Assembly: GCA_013265495.1 (NCBI GenBank)
Contig: MU059330.1
Span: 13,711,980 to 13,775,979 of the forward strand
Reading direction: 5' to 3'
DNA length: 64,000 nt
DNA from: Vicugna vicugna
Lineage: Eukaryota
Part shown: piece by piece, positions 48,880-62,850 of the stretch
Layout of the letters: the number at the start of each line of letters is the position of its first letter
Numbering within the stretch: position 1 is the stretch's first letter
Made by a program: the position numbers and the translations under genes
Notes under the pieces: model-generated
Seen by the model: only the letters and a program-made list of their open reading frames with translations
The model's database searches: none
Told to the model about the DNA's origin: nothing

Positions 48880-51800
48880 CCAACCTTTTGCTTATTTTGT
48901 ATTCAGTTCCTTGTCTCCTGTTGTTGACTTTTGAGAGTTCTTTACATATTCTGGCTACAAGTCTTTTGTCATGCATGTGACCTGCAAGTATTTCCTTCCA
49001 GTTTGTGCCTCTCTCCCTGGTATCTTCTTTCTGAGAGAAGATACTGATTTTGAGGAAGTAGAAGGCACCAATGTTTCCTTTTATAGGTCATGCTTTTGAT
49101 GTTACGTCTAAGAAGTATTTGTCTAACCTTAAGTCCCAAAGATTTCCTCTGTGTTTTCTTCTAGAAGCTTTGCAGTTTTCAGTTTAAGTTTGTGACCCAT
49201 TCTGACTAAATTTTGTATGGGGTGCAAGGCATAGGACAAAGTTAATTTTTATGGGTCACCAGTTGTTCCAGAAAGGAGAGAGAGACTGTCCTCTCTCCAC
49301 TGATGTGCACATTTATCAAAAGCCAGTCAGCATACACACACGTCTATTTCTGAATTCTCTCTTCTATTCTATTGCCCTGTTTGTAAATCCTGAAAACCAT
49401 ATAGTAAGTCCTGAAATCAGATAGTGAAAATCTTCCACATTCATTCTTCTATTTCAAAATTATTTAACTACCTTAAGTACTTCGCAATCTGTACGTGGTT
49501 TTTTTCCTTTGCGGACAAGAGCCTTTTTTGGTTTTGTTTTTTCCTTTTCTTCTTTTTTAATTGAAGTGCAGTCAGTTTACAATGCTGTGTTAGTTTCTGG
49601 TGCACAGCGTAGTAATTCAGTTATACACCTATATACACATGTATATATTCCTTTTCATACTGCACATTGTACATGAATTTTAGAACTAGGTTGTCAATTT
49701 CTACCAAAAAGGGGGGCCTGCTAGGATTCTGACTGGTGTTGCCCTGAATCCACACACACATCTGGGGAGAACTGGCACCCCACGTAATGTCTCCCAATCT
49801 GCAGCTCTGGTCCGTCTCTCCGTTTATTTAGGTCTATTTTAATTGCTCATCAAAAACTTGCTGTTTTCAGTGCATAGGTCCTGAGCTTTTTGTCGGATTT
49901 ATCCCCAAGGACTTGGCATCTTTCACTTTTATTTCTAACTGTTGTCCGTGCGCAAAGACGAGCACGTTTTGTGTGCTGATCTTGTGTTCTGCAGCTTCGC
50001 TAAACTCACATGTGACTTCCAGGGGCTGTTTTTCTAGACTCCAAGGATTGTCTGCATAGACAAGTGTGTGGTCTGAACGTCAAGTCAGTCTTACTTCCTT
50101 TCCGACCTGATGTGCTCCGCCGGTTTTCCTGCATAAGGGTCGCCCTGTCTGGGACCTGCAGTGCAGTGCTGAACAGCAGTGCTGAGAACAGGGTCCCCTC
50201 GTCTTGCCGTTGCAGGAGAAGCTCTGCGCCGGCGAGTGTGCTGCTGGCTGCAGGTGCTTCTCCTCTAAATGTCTGGCTGCATCAGCAGAGGAGCCGTGTG
50301 GGCTCACATGTTCCTTCTGGAAAGATTTTAAACCACATTTCAATGTATTTGTCATACATATATACTCCTACTCAGATGGCCTATTTTCCCTCAAATAAGT
50401 TCTGGTAGTTTTTGTTGTCCGAGGAATACATCCATTTTATCTAACTTTTAAAATTTATTGGCATCAGATTAATGCCAGCTCTGCCCTTACTGTACTTTCA
50501 GTATCTGTAGGACCAATGGTGACGCCGTCTCTCTTGCTTCTGACATCGCTAATTTGTGTTTTCTCTCCTTCTTCCTGCAGCTCAACTTGAGGTTTATTAA
50601 TTTTATTGATTCCCTCGAAAAGCTAGCTTTGGGCTTCACGGCTTTTTCCAATGATTCCTTCTTTTTCCAATCTGCTGGCTTCTGTCTGATGCTTATCATC
50701 TCCTTCTCTCAGAGTTTCACCTGCTCTTGCTTTTCTAGTTCACTAAGGCGAGATCCGACGTAAGTGATCAGGGACTTTCCTTCTTTTGTGATACAGGAAT
50801 GTGGTGCCGTGCAACCTCCTGCAGGCACTGCCTTACATGCATCTTGAGAAGTGTGACATGTTGTTGTTTTGTTTTCACTAATTGTGTTTATTTTCTAACT
50901 TCTCTTTTGGTTTCTTGTTTGACCCATGGATTAGCTAGGAGTGCACTGTTTAACTTCCAAATATTTGGGGATAGCCCAGACATCATCTGTCACTGATTTC
51001 TCATTAATTTCACTGCGGTCAGAACATGTACTTGCTAGTACTTTTAAATCCATTTGCACTGGGACTTGTTCATGGCGCAAAAATTGACTCTATCCTGGTG
51101 TCTGTTCCACGTGCACTTGAAAACCCCACGTGTTCCGTGGTTGTTGGGTGAATTGGTCCACAGCTGTGAAGCACGTCAGGGGGTCGGCAGTGTTGCTCAG
51201 TGTTTCCTGTGTCTTTCCTGATGCTCTGCCTTTCTATTCTGAGGGAAGGGTGGTGACTCCAATTCTGGGTTTGGGATTTATCCTTTTAATTCCACCTACA
51301 TGTATTTGCCTCTCTGATTTTAGGCTTATGAATGCTGACGATTATTACGTCCTCTTGATTAATTGGCAACTTTATCATTATGAAATGGCCCTTTTCATCC
51401 CCAGGAATAACTTTTGCTCTGAAATAGACTTTTGCTTGCATTAATAAGGATACGCCTTCTATCTGTTGATTAATGTTAATATGAAATATATAAATTACAC
51501 CCTTCTAATCTGTTTGTGTCTTTGTTTTTAAAGTGAGTTTATTTTAGTTAGCAAATAGTTGGGTACTGAGTTTTATCCAATCTAACAATCTCTGCCTTTT
51601 GATCGGTGTCTTGACCATTTACATTTAATGTGATTGTTGCTATGGTTGGATTAAGTTTACTATCTTGCCATTTGCTTCCAGTTGGTCACATTTGCTCCTC
51701 ATTCTCTGTCTATTTCTGTGTTTCCTTTTGGATTCAGTGCACTTTATGATTCTGTCTTACCTCCTTTGTCATCTCCCTGGCTATTCCCCTTGCTGTGGTG

Positions 51801-52700
51801 CCCGAGGGTTGTGCAGAGTGTATGGTGCACATGTCTCACCTGTCACCATCCTCCTTCAAACGCCAGCACCTGTACTTCTCCCTCCTGGCCTCAGTGCACT
51901 TTGCTTCCACACATATCATAACCCAAATCACATTATTTTTATGTTTATACAGTTAGAAATAGTCAATTACCTTTCAAAGAAATTTAAATGAGAAAAACCA
52001 CTTTATATTCATGATTCTGGTGGCCATTTGTGGTCTTCTTTCCTTTGTGTGGATTCAGGTTTCCATCTGGGTCATTTTTCTTCTGCCCGAAGGACCTGCT
52101 CTGACATTTTCTGTTGTGTGGGCCTGCTGGTGGCAACTTCTTTCAGCTTTGTAGGTCTTTACAAGTCTTTATTCTGCCTTCATTTTTGAAAGAGACTTTC
52201 ACTGGGTAAGAAATTCGAGGCTGACCTTTTTTCCTTTCAGTTTTTTACAGATGTTGCTTCCCTGCCTCTGCCCTGAACTAGCGATGACAAGAAATCCACC
52301 TCCATCCTTACCTTGGTCCCACCGCACAACTGCAGTGTGTCTTTGTATCTCTGGCTGCTTTTACGATTTCCTCTTTGTTGTTGGCTTTCTGCAGTCTGAT
52401 GATGGCCCACACTGGTGTAACTTCTTGTGCTTCTTGCTCACGAGGTTGGAGAAAATTCTTGGATCTATGAGTTTATAAGGTTCATCGTATTTGGATATTT
52501 TCCAGTTATTATTTCTTCAACCACTGTTCGCTCCTCTCAATTCCTGCGTCTCTCCATAGCTGCTCATTGTGGTTGGATGAACTCTATCCTTTGGGTGCTG
52601 GACACTTTTTAGGTCTGCAAACACATTCTTGCCCTTCATTCTGGGCGTAGTTATTTGAAAACAGCTGTTCTCTGGGGCCGTGTTTCTAGGCCCTGTCAGG
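48880..52700 (-). mobile_element. Long decayed L1 (ORF1 to ORF2, antisense)
   Basis: Minus-strand frames HDKRLVARICKELSKVN (48.9 kb) and LEKAVKPKASFSRESIKLINL (50.6 kb) resemble L1 ORF2 SDKGLISRIYKEL and IEKINETKSWFFEKINKID. Confidence 0.8.
49524..49660 (-). mobile_element. Short younger L1 3' tail nested in the old L1
   Basis: Poly-T followed by ttgaagtgcagtcagtttacaatgctgtgttagtttctggtgcacagc, the same tail type as at 34.1 kb and 61.7 kb. Confidence 0.7.
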
Positions 52701-53029
52701 CGTCACTAGAGCGGCTGTCAGCCTGTGGCTGAACCTGCCGTCACTGAAGCAAAGCCCCCCGGTCACTCTGCCTGACGCCCTGCAATGTGGTGATGGGCCA
52801 GGCAGGATGCCAGCCCTTTGTGACCTCTGAGTGCTGCTCCCTGGGTCCTCCTGGACTGTTTCCCCGCGTGAGCACTGCCCAGTGCCCCGCCGACCCGGCA
52901 GGGGCACCGTCTGCGGCTCTCTCCTCGTCCGTCCTCTGCCCTGTGAACCAGCTGCCCTGGCCTCCCGGGTCTCCTGTCCCCTCACCTCAGGCCATCTGCC
53001 AGCATCTCTGTGGGCTCCCCCCGCCGACC

Positions 53030-53490
53030 TGTGGTCAGCTCCGGCCACCACAGCAAAGCACCACAGACCTGGACCGGGAGCTTGAACGCAGCAGTGAGCT
53101 CCCTCCCAGTTCCTGAGGCTGGAAGTCCAAGACCAAGGTGTCCACAGCACTGGGTCCTCTGAGGCCTCTGCGCTTGATGTGTAGACGGTCGTCTTCTCCC
53201 TGCATCCCAGCATGGTCTCTCTTCTGAGTGTGTGTGTGTCCTTATCTCCCCTTCTTATAAGGACACCAGTCCTACGGGCTCAGGGCCCACCTGATACCAT
53301 GTGAGGCTCTGCAGCCGGGTGACGGGGACGGGTGATCTGCCAGCCCTTTGCGATGAGGTTAAAGTGAGCCCAGCGAGCTCACTTGAACTTCGTGCTTCTT
53401 TAAAGACGTTCTCTCCAAATCCAGTTGTATTTGGAGGTGCTGGGAGTTCGGGTTCCGTCACGTAAGTTCCGGGGAAACAGTTCAGCCGGT
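53030..53490 (-). mobile_element. MaLR LTR (MLT1A/B-like)
   Basis: ggctggaagtccaagaccaaggtgtccacagcac...ttcttataaggacaccagtcc...ctctccaaatccagttgtatttggaggtgctgggagtt. Confidence 0.8.
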
Positions 53491-56400
53491 CCCTGCCCTG
53501 CGGCCTGGAAGCCCTGGTCAGTGAGCGTGGGTAACTGTGAGCACCTCACCTGTTTCTCTTCCCAGGACACCAGCCCTCGCCGCCCGACGCCCAGCGCGCT
53601 GGTGGCCTCCCTCAGGGCTTCAGTTCCTTCGCACGCGGTGGTGACCGTGACGCCCGTCACTCCGCCCTGGCTGGGGTCAGCAGTGCGGGCCCGCTCGCGG
53701 GCTAGAGGGGCTTTGTGGCGACCCAACCAGTGTCGTCTGGGGCGGGCTGGGGTAGAGACAGGCTCTTCCTGCAAACGGCCGTGTGCCTGGCATGCTCAGC
53801 ACGGAGGTGATTCTCACACCTTCTTTCAACACCTCATGATCCTTTCAGTAACAAACAAGGAGCAACAGTAATGGACGTGTGACAACAGGTAGCAGTGATT
53901 ATTTCTTGACATGCTGTCTAGTTCTAAAACAACAATTTTAAAAGAACACGCTTCAGTGTTGAAGATCTTAGGGAACTGAACTAAAATGTTTCACATGTGA
54001 ACAAACATTGTGCAAAGCAGCCTATCTCATCATTTGCACTCTTTATTTTTAATCTTACTCTGATAAACTGAAACACAGAGAGCAGAGAGCAACCCCAACA
54101 GAACCGGGCACCCCAGGCTGTGCATCTTGGCCTGAGATCCAGTCCTACTGCGGAGACGCGGGGATGCACGGCACACAGGGTGGGGGACAAACGCTGCCTC
54201 CAGAATGAGCCCTGACAATCCAGAACCAAGAGCAACACACTCTGGAAATAGACGCCAGGGGCCAATTTTATAACTGGAGTTCTCCAAATTCATCTTCATA
54301 CAAAGGCAAATGTTTCATGAAAGTAAAGTAATAAAAATGAGCCAATAGCAGCCTACATATGTGTTACTATCTAAACCCCTGTGTGACTGCTGAGGACTCA
54401 GATCCACAAAGCTGTTCTTCAGGGAGGAAGACTGGATGACGGGTGTGTGATCTGCACGTTCCGTGCGCCCTGTGGTTACCCCAGACCCTCCACAGATGGG
54501 GTCCCTCGTCTTTTATCAAGGGGGGGACATAACGCAGCCCACAATGGCAATGTTGTGTTAGGATAGATTCAAGTAATGTCTACATTTCAAAAAGCTTTTA
54601 TTTTATTAAAGAATTCCGATTGAGCATTCACTCTAATCATGTAAATCGGTCGGTTTTATTTTTCTGTAAAAGTGTCTTTTTAAGGAAGGACAGCTTTCTG
54701 TTGACAGTTACAGGAGAACCACTGAAGGACTTGGTTCAAGACAGACACCGCGGCGTCAGCGGCGGCAGGCGACCAGCACCAGCAGGGCAGGAGCAGCTGA
54801 GAACAGGTGCTGTTGGCTTGCAGTCCTTGGAGGGTCACCCAAGGACAGGAGGAGGGACACGGCCAAGATGCCAGCTGCAGAGCTGCTGTGTGTCTTGGTT
54901 CGCAGCCCCTGAGGAAACTCAGACCCCCACGGCACTGTTGGGCAGAGTCCACCTGGAGTGACCGCTGGGCCCCGGGGAACAGGTCAGCCTCACTCCTCCG
55001 ATTCCTGCTGCCCGCGAGGACGGCACATCTGACTGCACCGCGTCACCAGCCATAAAGACGCGAGGTGATCGCATGTCAGAATCCTAAGTGTGACTGCAGG
55101 CACACTCCACACAAGCCGCTGAGCCCTCACACGCGGGAGCTTCAGAAGAAAAGACTTCTGTGACAGCAGCTGGCACCAGCAGCTTCGGTGAGACTGGTCC
55201 ACGCAAAACACTATCCCGTTCTTGATGCCTGGACGTCGGTCACTCTCATCAGGCGAGTCACAGGACGGCAGTTCATCTTGGTGACGACCACGTCTATACA
55301 GCAGCACCCGCCTGAGGTAAAACAGCCTGATTATTCGGGTCAAGTACGGCAGTTAACCAGGCGGGAGGCCATGAGAGGCCCGTACCGCCCGCGGCCACCC
55401 TGCACTTGGCGGCGGCACCGCCGCAGGGTCCGAGGAGCCTGCCTCCCGACGCGTGGTCTCCAGCCACCTCTCCGGTGTGAGGAGCCGCCACCAGAGCCGC
55501 TCCCTCTGTTCTGTTCCCTATTTATCTGTACAAGGCGACAGGGGCCACCGCGCAGCTACTCATCCGACACCCCCACCCGCTGCGCTGCTCAGAGCCTCCC
55601 TTCTGACAGACCTTAGCTGGCCTGCAGCCACGCGGGGGGCCCCGCGGAAAAGCCTGAGTCCTGCCTGCCACACGTCTTAGGGCTTGAACTTGCGACGACT
55701 AACTCCAGGTTACCTGCGGGGCGAACCTGTGGAAATTCAGTTCCCTCCAGGTTTTTTTCCCTCAAACAATAGGATGGAGGAAGGTTTGTAAATACTCCTT
55801 CTTGCTTACATTATGCAATTATGCCATCTTCATGAAAAGAAATCCGAAATGCACAGATTGAAGAACAAGACAGGGCTCTGCCTTTGAAAGCCCTCTTGTT
55901 TCCCTAAGAAAAGTGAGGGGCAGGAAGTCCTCCTTGCTCTGGGGTTTCCTCCCGTTTAACTCCCAGCAAAGGGACAGTCCCTAACCACTGCCAGAAGGCT
56001 GTTTCTCGACGGCGCCCCGGAGAAGCTTGCGGCTGAGTAACACGGGGCCTCTGAGTGCCTAACAGACACATCCGCTGCAGGAGGTAAGTAGCCAGACACG
56101 GTTCCTGGCGACCACACGGCAAACGCGTGCTGAGATTTCCAGTCAGGGTGACCCCCTCCACCCAGCCCAGCACGGGGTCGTGGACCCCTCTGCGCCGGTG
56201 AGCAGGTGCTCGGCTCAGACTCCGCCTACCGCCTGGGCCGGTCCCTCTGTGGGTTCGGGATTCCACACCCTCCAGCCGGCAAGCAGACCTGCCCTCCACC
56301 CCTGCGGCTTCTGCCTCAGCTGCTTCCTCCTCTGCCGGACCCTGACCAAGCAGCGCAAACCACTGCTTACAGGCAAATTGCCGGATACGTAACAAGAGAG

Positions 56401-58073
56401 GCCTTATCCGTATGTTTATTTTTGTTAGTTTTGAAAGTGACTTTCAGAATGAGAATCTCACTAGTAATGATCTTTTTCTCAGAAACCCTTTTACCACCTG
56501 CAGGGCGATTATGAGATTGGCGGGCACAGCATGGGCACCGCCGGCTGGGGGGGTGGCATATCGGGCCCTGCTTCACGAGCGTGGCCCGGAGGGCTGAGCG
56601 CAGAAGAATCAGCGTCTCTTCAGGGAGATGTGGCCCTATTTGCGCAAAGCCTCAGGGCTGAGAAGAGAAGAGAAAACCAGGAGGTTTCCCACATGGTCTG
56701 AAACTGGAGTTGGCGCCGGAGACCTGAGGCTCCGAGAATCGCCAAGGATGGGCAGGGTTTGATTGATCAAAGCTATCTCTGTGGTGTGGGGTGAAGTTAT
56801 ACGGAAGAGAAACATTTTGTAAAGTTTCATGTAAACCAAAGGCGATGTCCAGCCAGTAAGCAGTGTCGTCTTCTCACAAAGGAAGGGAATTCTGGGTTCT
56901 GGGTGGCATGCCCGTTGGTTCCGGCGCGTGACTGGGTGCGTCCGAGGTCAGCCCCTCCGTCAGCACTGCGCTGGTGCCAGGCCCTGTCGGCAGAAGAATC
57001 TGCACCCGCCCACTGACGTTCCCACCAGAACAGCTGAAGGCTCTGCCAGAGCCCCTCTGCGATGATGCTCCTGGCTGAGGGCATCAGGTGGGCTCACCCT
57101 CCCCTCTGTTTACCTTCCAAAGTCAGAGGTTTCCATACCCGTTTCAGCTAAGAACATTAATTACAGAAAACCTGATTTCCTTTGTTTTTCTGCCATCTTT
57201 CTAGCATATTAATTTTGTATAGCGTTCTAAAATACTTGAAAAAGGTAAAGTCTAACGCTTTATGATATCTCAAATTTTAAATTGAAATTGCTCTAGTTAA
57301 TTTTAAATTATCAGAATACAGAATATATATTTTCTTCAAGCTATCGAACAAATCTCATCGAGAATTGTACCAAATTTTATACAGATGTATTATATGTTAT
57401 TATGTTTAAAAAACTCAAAAAGGATCTGAAATGGCTAAGGGACCTAACAGCTTAAAGACAACAACGATTTCAGTTTTCCCTAGTCTGTTCTGACTGCTCT
57501 GCCTTCTTTGACAGCAGTGGTGACTCCAGGTCTCCCCGAAGTGTGCACCCTGGTCCGCACACTCACCCAGCGCTAGTAATGGATGCGGGACCCCCACACA
57601 TCAGAGGGCACCTCGGGGGCCTGGTGGGCCATCTCCTCTGGGTCATCGACCTGTCCCTTCCTAAACTGTCACCGGGACTTGGGCTTATGCTCACAGTCCC
57701 TCTGACAGCACCTGAAAGCTGAGACGGGGGACAGGAAGTGAGGGTTTGGGTAAGCATGGCTAGAGAAGAGACGCCGGGACTGGTCTTCAGGTGGATCCTG
57801 CCGCGGGGCGCCCGGGGTCCGCGCCTGGCGAACCTGCACGTTGCACCGTCCGCCTCCGCAGGAAGCATCCCGTCACTAAGGGAGAGAACATTTGCTCCAC
57901 ATAAGTACATTCACGAAAGTGGAATTACAGTCATGGATTTTTTTTTTGCAAGAGTTTGCTTGCAATTGAGTCTAACATTCAATATGCAGTAAGCATTCCT
58001 CTTTTTCTAATTTCAGCAGTGATCAGATTAAGTATTTAAAGCAGATTTAATTAATGCCCCCAAACTAACTTAC

Positions 58074-58170
58074 ATTCAACTGCTGAGGCAGCTCCCCGGT
58101 GAAGGCATCAGATGGCATCTTGTTACAACAAGGAGTGACAGGATTTTGGCTGAGGATAAGGTCTGATTAT
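58074..58170 (-). other. Candidate 97-nt exon with strong splice sites
   Basis: tttttttctagttctag|ATAATC...TTGAAT|gtaagt; ATG at 58118 gives MPSDAFTGELPQQLN in phase 0, not recognised. Confidence 0.3.
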
Positions 58171-58329
58171 CTAGAACTAGAAAAAAAATCCACAAGCATA
58201 ATTCCACTTTCTTCAGTATACTTACACGGAACAAATGTTCTCTACTTAGTGCTGGACTTCAAATGAAACACTTATTTTAAAGGACCTGGTTGTTCGCTGC
58301 ATATGCTGCAAGCTTTACTAAACCAAAAG

Positions 58330-59900
58330 TCCTTGAGGAAAATACTTACACTTAACGTATGCACCTTGCACTTATTTTGTTAGATTTATATCTAAGTATT
58401 TCATTTGGAGAGATGCTAATATAAATAATGTGGTTTTAATTTCAAATCCCACTTGTTCATCACTGTTACATAAGAAAGCAATTGTTGACACGACACGGTA
58501 AGATGACTATAACTCAATAAAAAATGTTAAAAAAGGAAAGAATTGACTTTTAATATATAATTATATCATAATTGTATATTATTAGTCTTGTGTCCTTCAG
58601 ACTTGCTGTGGTCACCTATTCCAGGAGGGTTTTTTCAATTTTTTCGTATTTTCTACGTACACCACGATGCAGTCTGTGAACAAGGACAACGGCTTTCTCT
58701 CTTCCTTCCCAGTCGGTGTACCGTTTATTTCCCTTTGTTCTTCTTTTTCAAGAATGCTTTGGTTATCCAGCACTCCTTGAAATTCCAAATGAACTTTAGG
58801 GTCAGTGTCTCCACCCCTGCCCACACAGAGGCCCCTGAAGCTTGACAGGGACCGGCTCCACTGCCTCGGGGTGTAGCCGTCTGCACAGCACCGGCTCTCC
58901 CAGCCCGTGAGCCTGGGCTGCCTTCCATTTACTCAGGCTGTTTTCAGTTTCCTTCAGCAGAGTTTTGTGGTTGTGGGTGTTCGGGTCCTGCACCTGCTCA
59001 GCTGAATGTCTCCCTGGGTCCTGAGTGCTTTTTGATGCTCTCGTTAACTTCCGTCTGCAGGTTGCCCGCCGTCAGGGAGTGGAAATACAGCTGTCGTGTG
59101 TTGATTCTGTCCTTCAGTTTTGCCCCCTCAGTTATTAGCTCTAAATACTTCCGGATGGGTTATGTTGGGGCCTCGTCTGCAACGTTATGCAATCTATAGG
59201 TAGAAATAGCTTTGCTTTTCCCTCTTCAGCGTGGGCGCTGTTCACTTCTCCTCGCCTGGCTGCCCTGGCGAGGACCCCCAGTCCAGCCTGAGGTGAGGTG
59301 GTGGAACAGACGCCCTCCCCGTCCCTGGCCTTGGCAGGGGTCAGCTGTGGGTCCTCCACAGTCGCCCTCGAGCTCACGCCCTTGAGCTTCCTTCTGCCCC
59401 CAGTCATTGAGCCTTTATGTCATGGAAGGTACTGGCCTTTAGAAGTGCTTTTTCTGCATTAATTGAGGTCATCCTTTCTGCTCCCTTCATCCTGTTAATA
59501 CGACTTATGACATTGTTTGGTTTGGGGGCATTGAAACGCCCTCACGTTCTTGGGACGAATCCCCTTCAGTCGTGGTGTTTGATCCTCTCAATGCGCCGCT
59601 GGGTTTGGGCTGCTGGTGCCTGTGGAGGATTTCCCTCTGCGTTCACGAGGGGTGCAGCCAACAGCTTCCTTTCTGTCTGGCACTTCTGTCCGGCTGGGTG
59701 TCCGGGGTAGCACGCCCTCACAGACACGCTAGGGAGTTCTCCAGCCTCTTGTGTTTTTGGAAAAGTCTGAGAATGACGGGTGTTAATTCTTCTTTAACGT
59801 TTGATGGAATTCAACCATGAAGGCACCCGTCTGGACTTACATTCATTAGGGTTTTTTTTTTTAGTTATTGATTCAATATCTTTATTTGTACATGTACGCC
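58330..59900 (-). mobile_element. Decayed L1 ORF2 (RT region), antisense, with a ~50-bp sense L1 tail inserted at ~58482-58535
   Basis: Minus frames HNHKTLLKETENSLSKWKAA and GLGVLARAARRGEVNSAHAEEGKAKLFL resemble ENYKTLLKEIKEDLNKWKDI and [29 protein letters not shown]. Confidence 0.85.
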
Positions 59901-61478
59901 AATAAGAGAATCCCAATGAGCCAAGAAGGAATCACGACCGAACACAGCCAGAGTCCGAGCTGGAGGCAGCAAGTGCGTGAAAGCGTGTCCGCGGGTTAGT
60001 CTGCGCACAGGAGATGCCGAGCTCGCTGTCAGGAAGGAAGCAAAGCTCGAAGGTGGCGTCACCCTGACTTCTTCCAATTATGTCTACGGGCCTCGGCCAC
60101 GTTTTCTGGTTTTCCCCAGGCACTTCCTAGGCACATTTCTCGCGGGAACCTCACAGTCCCAGCCGCCGGGACTGCAGCCGGGGTGAGGAGACGGGCACCG
60201 GCCTCAGCCAGAAAATGTCAGGTCTGTCAAAGAGACTCGTAACTGAGATAAACAACGTTACAGTGCAGTATGTGAAAGCAATAAAAAGTAACGCAAAAAC
60301 TAATAGTGACTGAAACACCGGCGTGTCAGAGACCTGATCAGTGTTGCCGCCAGCCGGCACACCACGCAGCACAGCACTGGTGGGCTTTTTGGAACTGAAT
60401 TCGTTTTCTGTTCTACCTGCTCTGGCTCATCTGCTCGGGGTTCGCTGTCCAGGACCGTGTTAGGTGGAACAGGCCTGGGGTTCGGCCTGCTGAGCAAGCA
60501 GCCAGGCCTTGCTCTGTGCCTGGAGAGGCGGCAGCCGACCGCGTGGCTGGCGCGGGACAGCCACTGCGACCGGGGACAGAGGGGTCCAAGGTGCCCCATG
60601 AGCGGAGATGCTGCAGAGACACCAGCCGGACTCATAGTGCCGCCCAGGGGGCGGGGGCAGCCTCTCTGTTGCCATGTGGCCCGATCGGGCGTCGAGCAGG
60701 TGCACCTGGCCGCAAGGGGCCCGAGGACTGCGGGGTTGGAAACCCTGCTCAGCGGTGAGGACGTCGGCAGGACGTGAACACCTGCCCCCCGGGGTCCCCC
60801 CCATGCCCTGCCCCGGCCGGAGGGCTCACCTCCTGTGATGGAGACCTGCCCAACCTGGAGCAGCACCTCACCTGGGCGACGCAGATCCAGGGGGCGGTGT
60901 CCCCAGGGGCTCCGTGCTGACACTTTGGGGGCCAGGCTGCCCATGCGGGAATGTCTCCTCTATGCCTCGGTCTCTTCAGGGCACCGGCTTACAGGAGGCA
61001 CGCTTGGGCGTCCCCATCCCCACAGCACTCCGCCTCCTTGGGGACTTTCTCTGGGGACCCTGTGGAGCCTTACAAGGCTGGCCTCCCTGTGGGCGAGAGG
61101 AGGGACGCGGACCTGCCCACACCCCAAGACAGCCCCCCCCGGCCCACCGCAGACTCACCATCTCTCGACCCCTCGGGCAGGCACGCCCAAACTTGGACGC
61201 TGGCGCAAAGGAATCTCCCAGAGGAGGAGCGAGTTAGTACCCTCTCCTCCCTCCCTCCCCACCTTCCATCTGATGGAAACCCTACTGTCCCCGCTGCAAG
61301 CAGCCGAAGCGCGTTATCAAATCAAACTCCCAGAGGTAGTGACGGAGAAAACGTTACCCTAATCTTAGTCTCCGTCAGACAACCGTCTAAACTCTTTAAA
61401 AGCAGAACTTGTTGTAATTGTCAGTATGTTAACTGTGGGGGAAAGGCTGTGCTCAGCTTAGATGCAAACCTCAGTGTC

Positions 61479-61768
61479 GTATAGAAAACAGACTCTTGGC
61501 TACCGGGGAGGAAGGACGAGCAAGGGATAAATTGGGAGTTCAAGGTTTGCAGACACACACCACTATATATAAAGTAGATAAACAACAAGGTCCTACTGCA
61601 CAGCACACGGAACTATATTCCACACCTTGCGGTAACCTGGCGTGAGAGAGAATATAAACATGAATAAATGTATGCATCTGTGTGACTGAAACGTGGTGCT
61701 GCGCACCAGACACTGACACAGCACTGTAAACCGACTGTACTTCAGTAAAAGAGAATGGAAAGGAAAGT
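61479..61768 (+). mobile_element. 5'-truncated younger L1 3' end with 13-bp TSD
   Basis: ataaacaacaaggtcctactgcacagcacacggaactatatt...cactgtaaaccgactgtacttcagtaaaa; TSD aaacctcagtgtc (61466-61478) / aaacctcggtgtc (61769-61781). Confidence 0.85.
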
Positions 61769-62029
61769 AAACCTCGGTGTCTTGACATTTACCGTTTGGC
61801 CTCCAGAGAATCCCCTGAGCTGTGCAGCTACCGCAGGGCCTTGGCACGTGCAAGTCCTCTGGAAACGCCTCGTCGGGAAGGAGAAATGGGTCGTCGCGGG
61901 CCCAGAGCCTTCCCTGGCGACTGAAAAGGACGGGCTTGCAAAGCAGGACAGACTCGAGTGTTGCCAGGTCTTCCCTAAATGCTGAGCAGACAACTCACTC
62001 ACACAGTCCAACCCACGGGCCTTCATCCG

Positions 62030-62850
62030 GCGCTGAGCACCGTCGTAGCACTTGGGACTCAGAAGCGGTGGACGGCATCGCCTGCCCACTCACAGGGACC
62101 TCGGCGCTCTTGAGGCGGGGGCGGGGGCGCCAGCAGACACGCCGCGGGGCGGGCGGCACAGCGACGAGGCGCTCCGGGCTCCTCCGCGCCGGCCCGGCCC
62201 CCGCGCGCGCCTGCGGGCCTCCACTCGCTCACTCGGCAGCTCCGCAGGGAGGGCCCTCAGCCCCAAGAACAAGGTGCAGACCTGCGGGACCAGGAGACTG
62301 GCGAGGGGGCAGTGGCGGCACAGGCCGAGCCCCGCTCCCCGGGGCGACTGGGGGCTGGGCGGTGCAGGGGAAGAAGGGCTTCCGGGAGCCAAAGCCGGAC
62401 CACTGGGGAGGCCGGGGGCCCAAGGGCACGAGCAGCCAGACGTCAGGCACCTCGAGAAACCCCCCCGAGAGCCAAGCAGGGAAGACGTGAGACTTCACCG
62501 CAGGCGTGTGGCGCCTGGGCTCGGGGCCCGCCAGCCGGGGGCGAGGGCAGCACCTGCACCCTGCGCGCGAGAGGACGCCGCCGAGGTCGGGGACTCGGGA
62601 CACGCACCCAGGGAGCCGCGCTCAGCCGCGTCCTCCAAGCTGCCCTTCGCTGAGTCCTAATTCAAAATGCCTCCTCGCCGCACAGTCACCTGTGGGGAGG
62701 ACAAGGAGGAGACGGGGAAGCCACCCTCCCAGCACGCAGAGTGAGACCAGATCCCCGCCTCCTGACACCAACGCGGCCGCGGCCGGACTCGCCCAGGACG
62801 TGGGGGCGGGGCCTCCGTCGGAAGCCGGGCGGGCTCTGCGAGCACGATTG
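62030..62850. promoter_or_regulatory. CpG island-like region
   Basis: Dense CpG/GC (gcgccggcccggccccgcgcgcgcc), GC boxes ggggcgggggcg. Confidence 0.6.
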
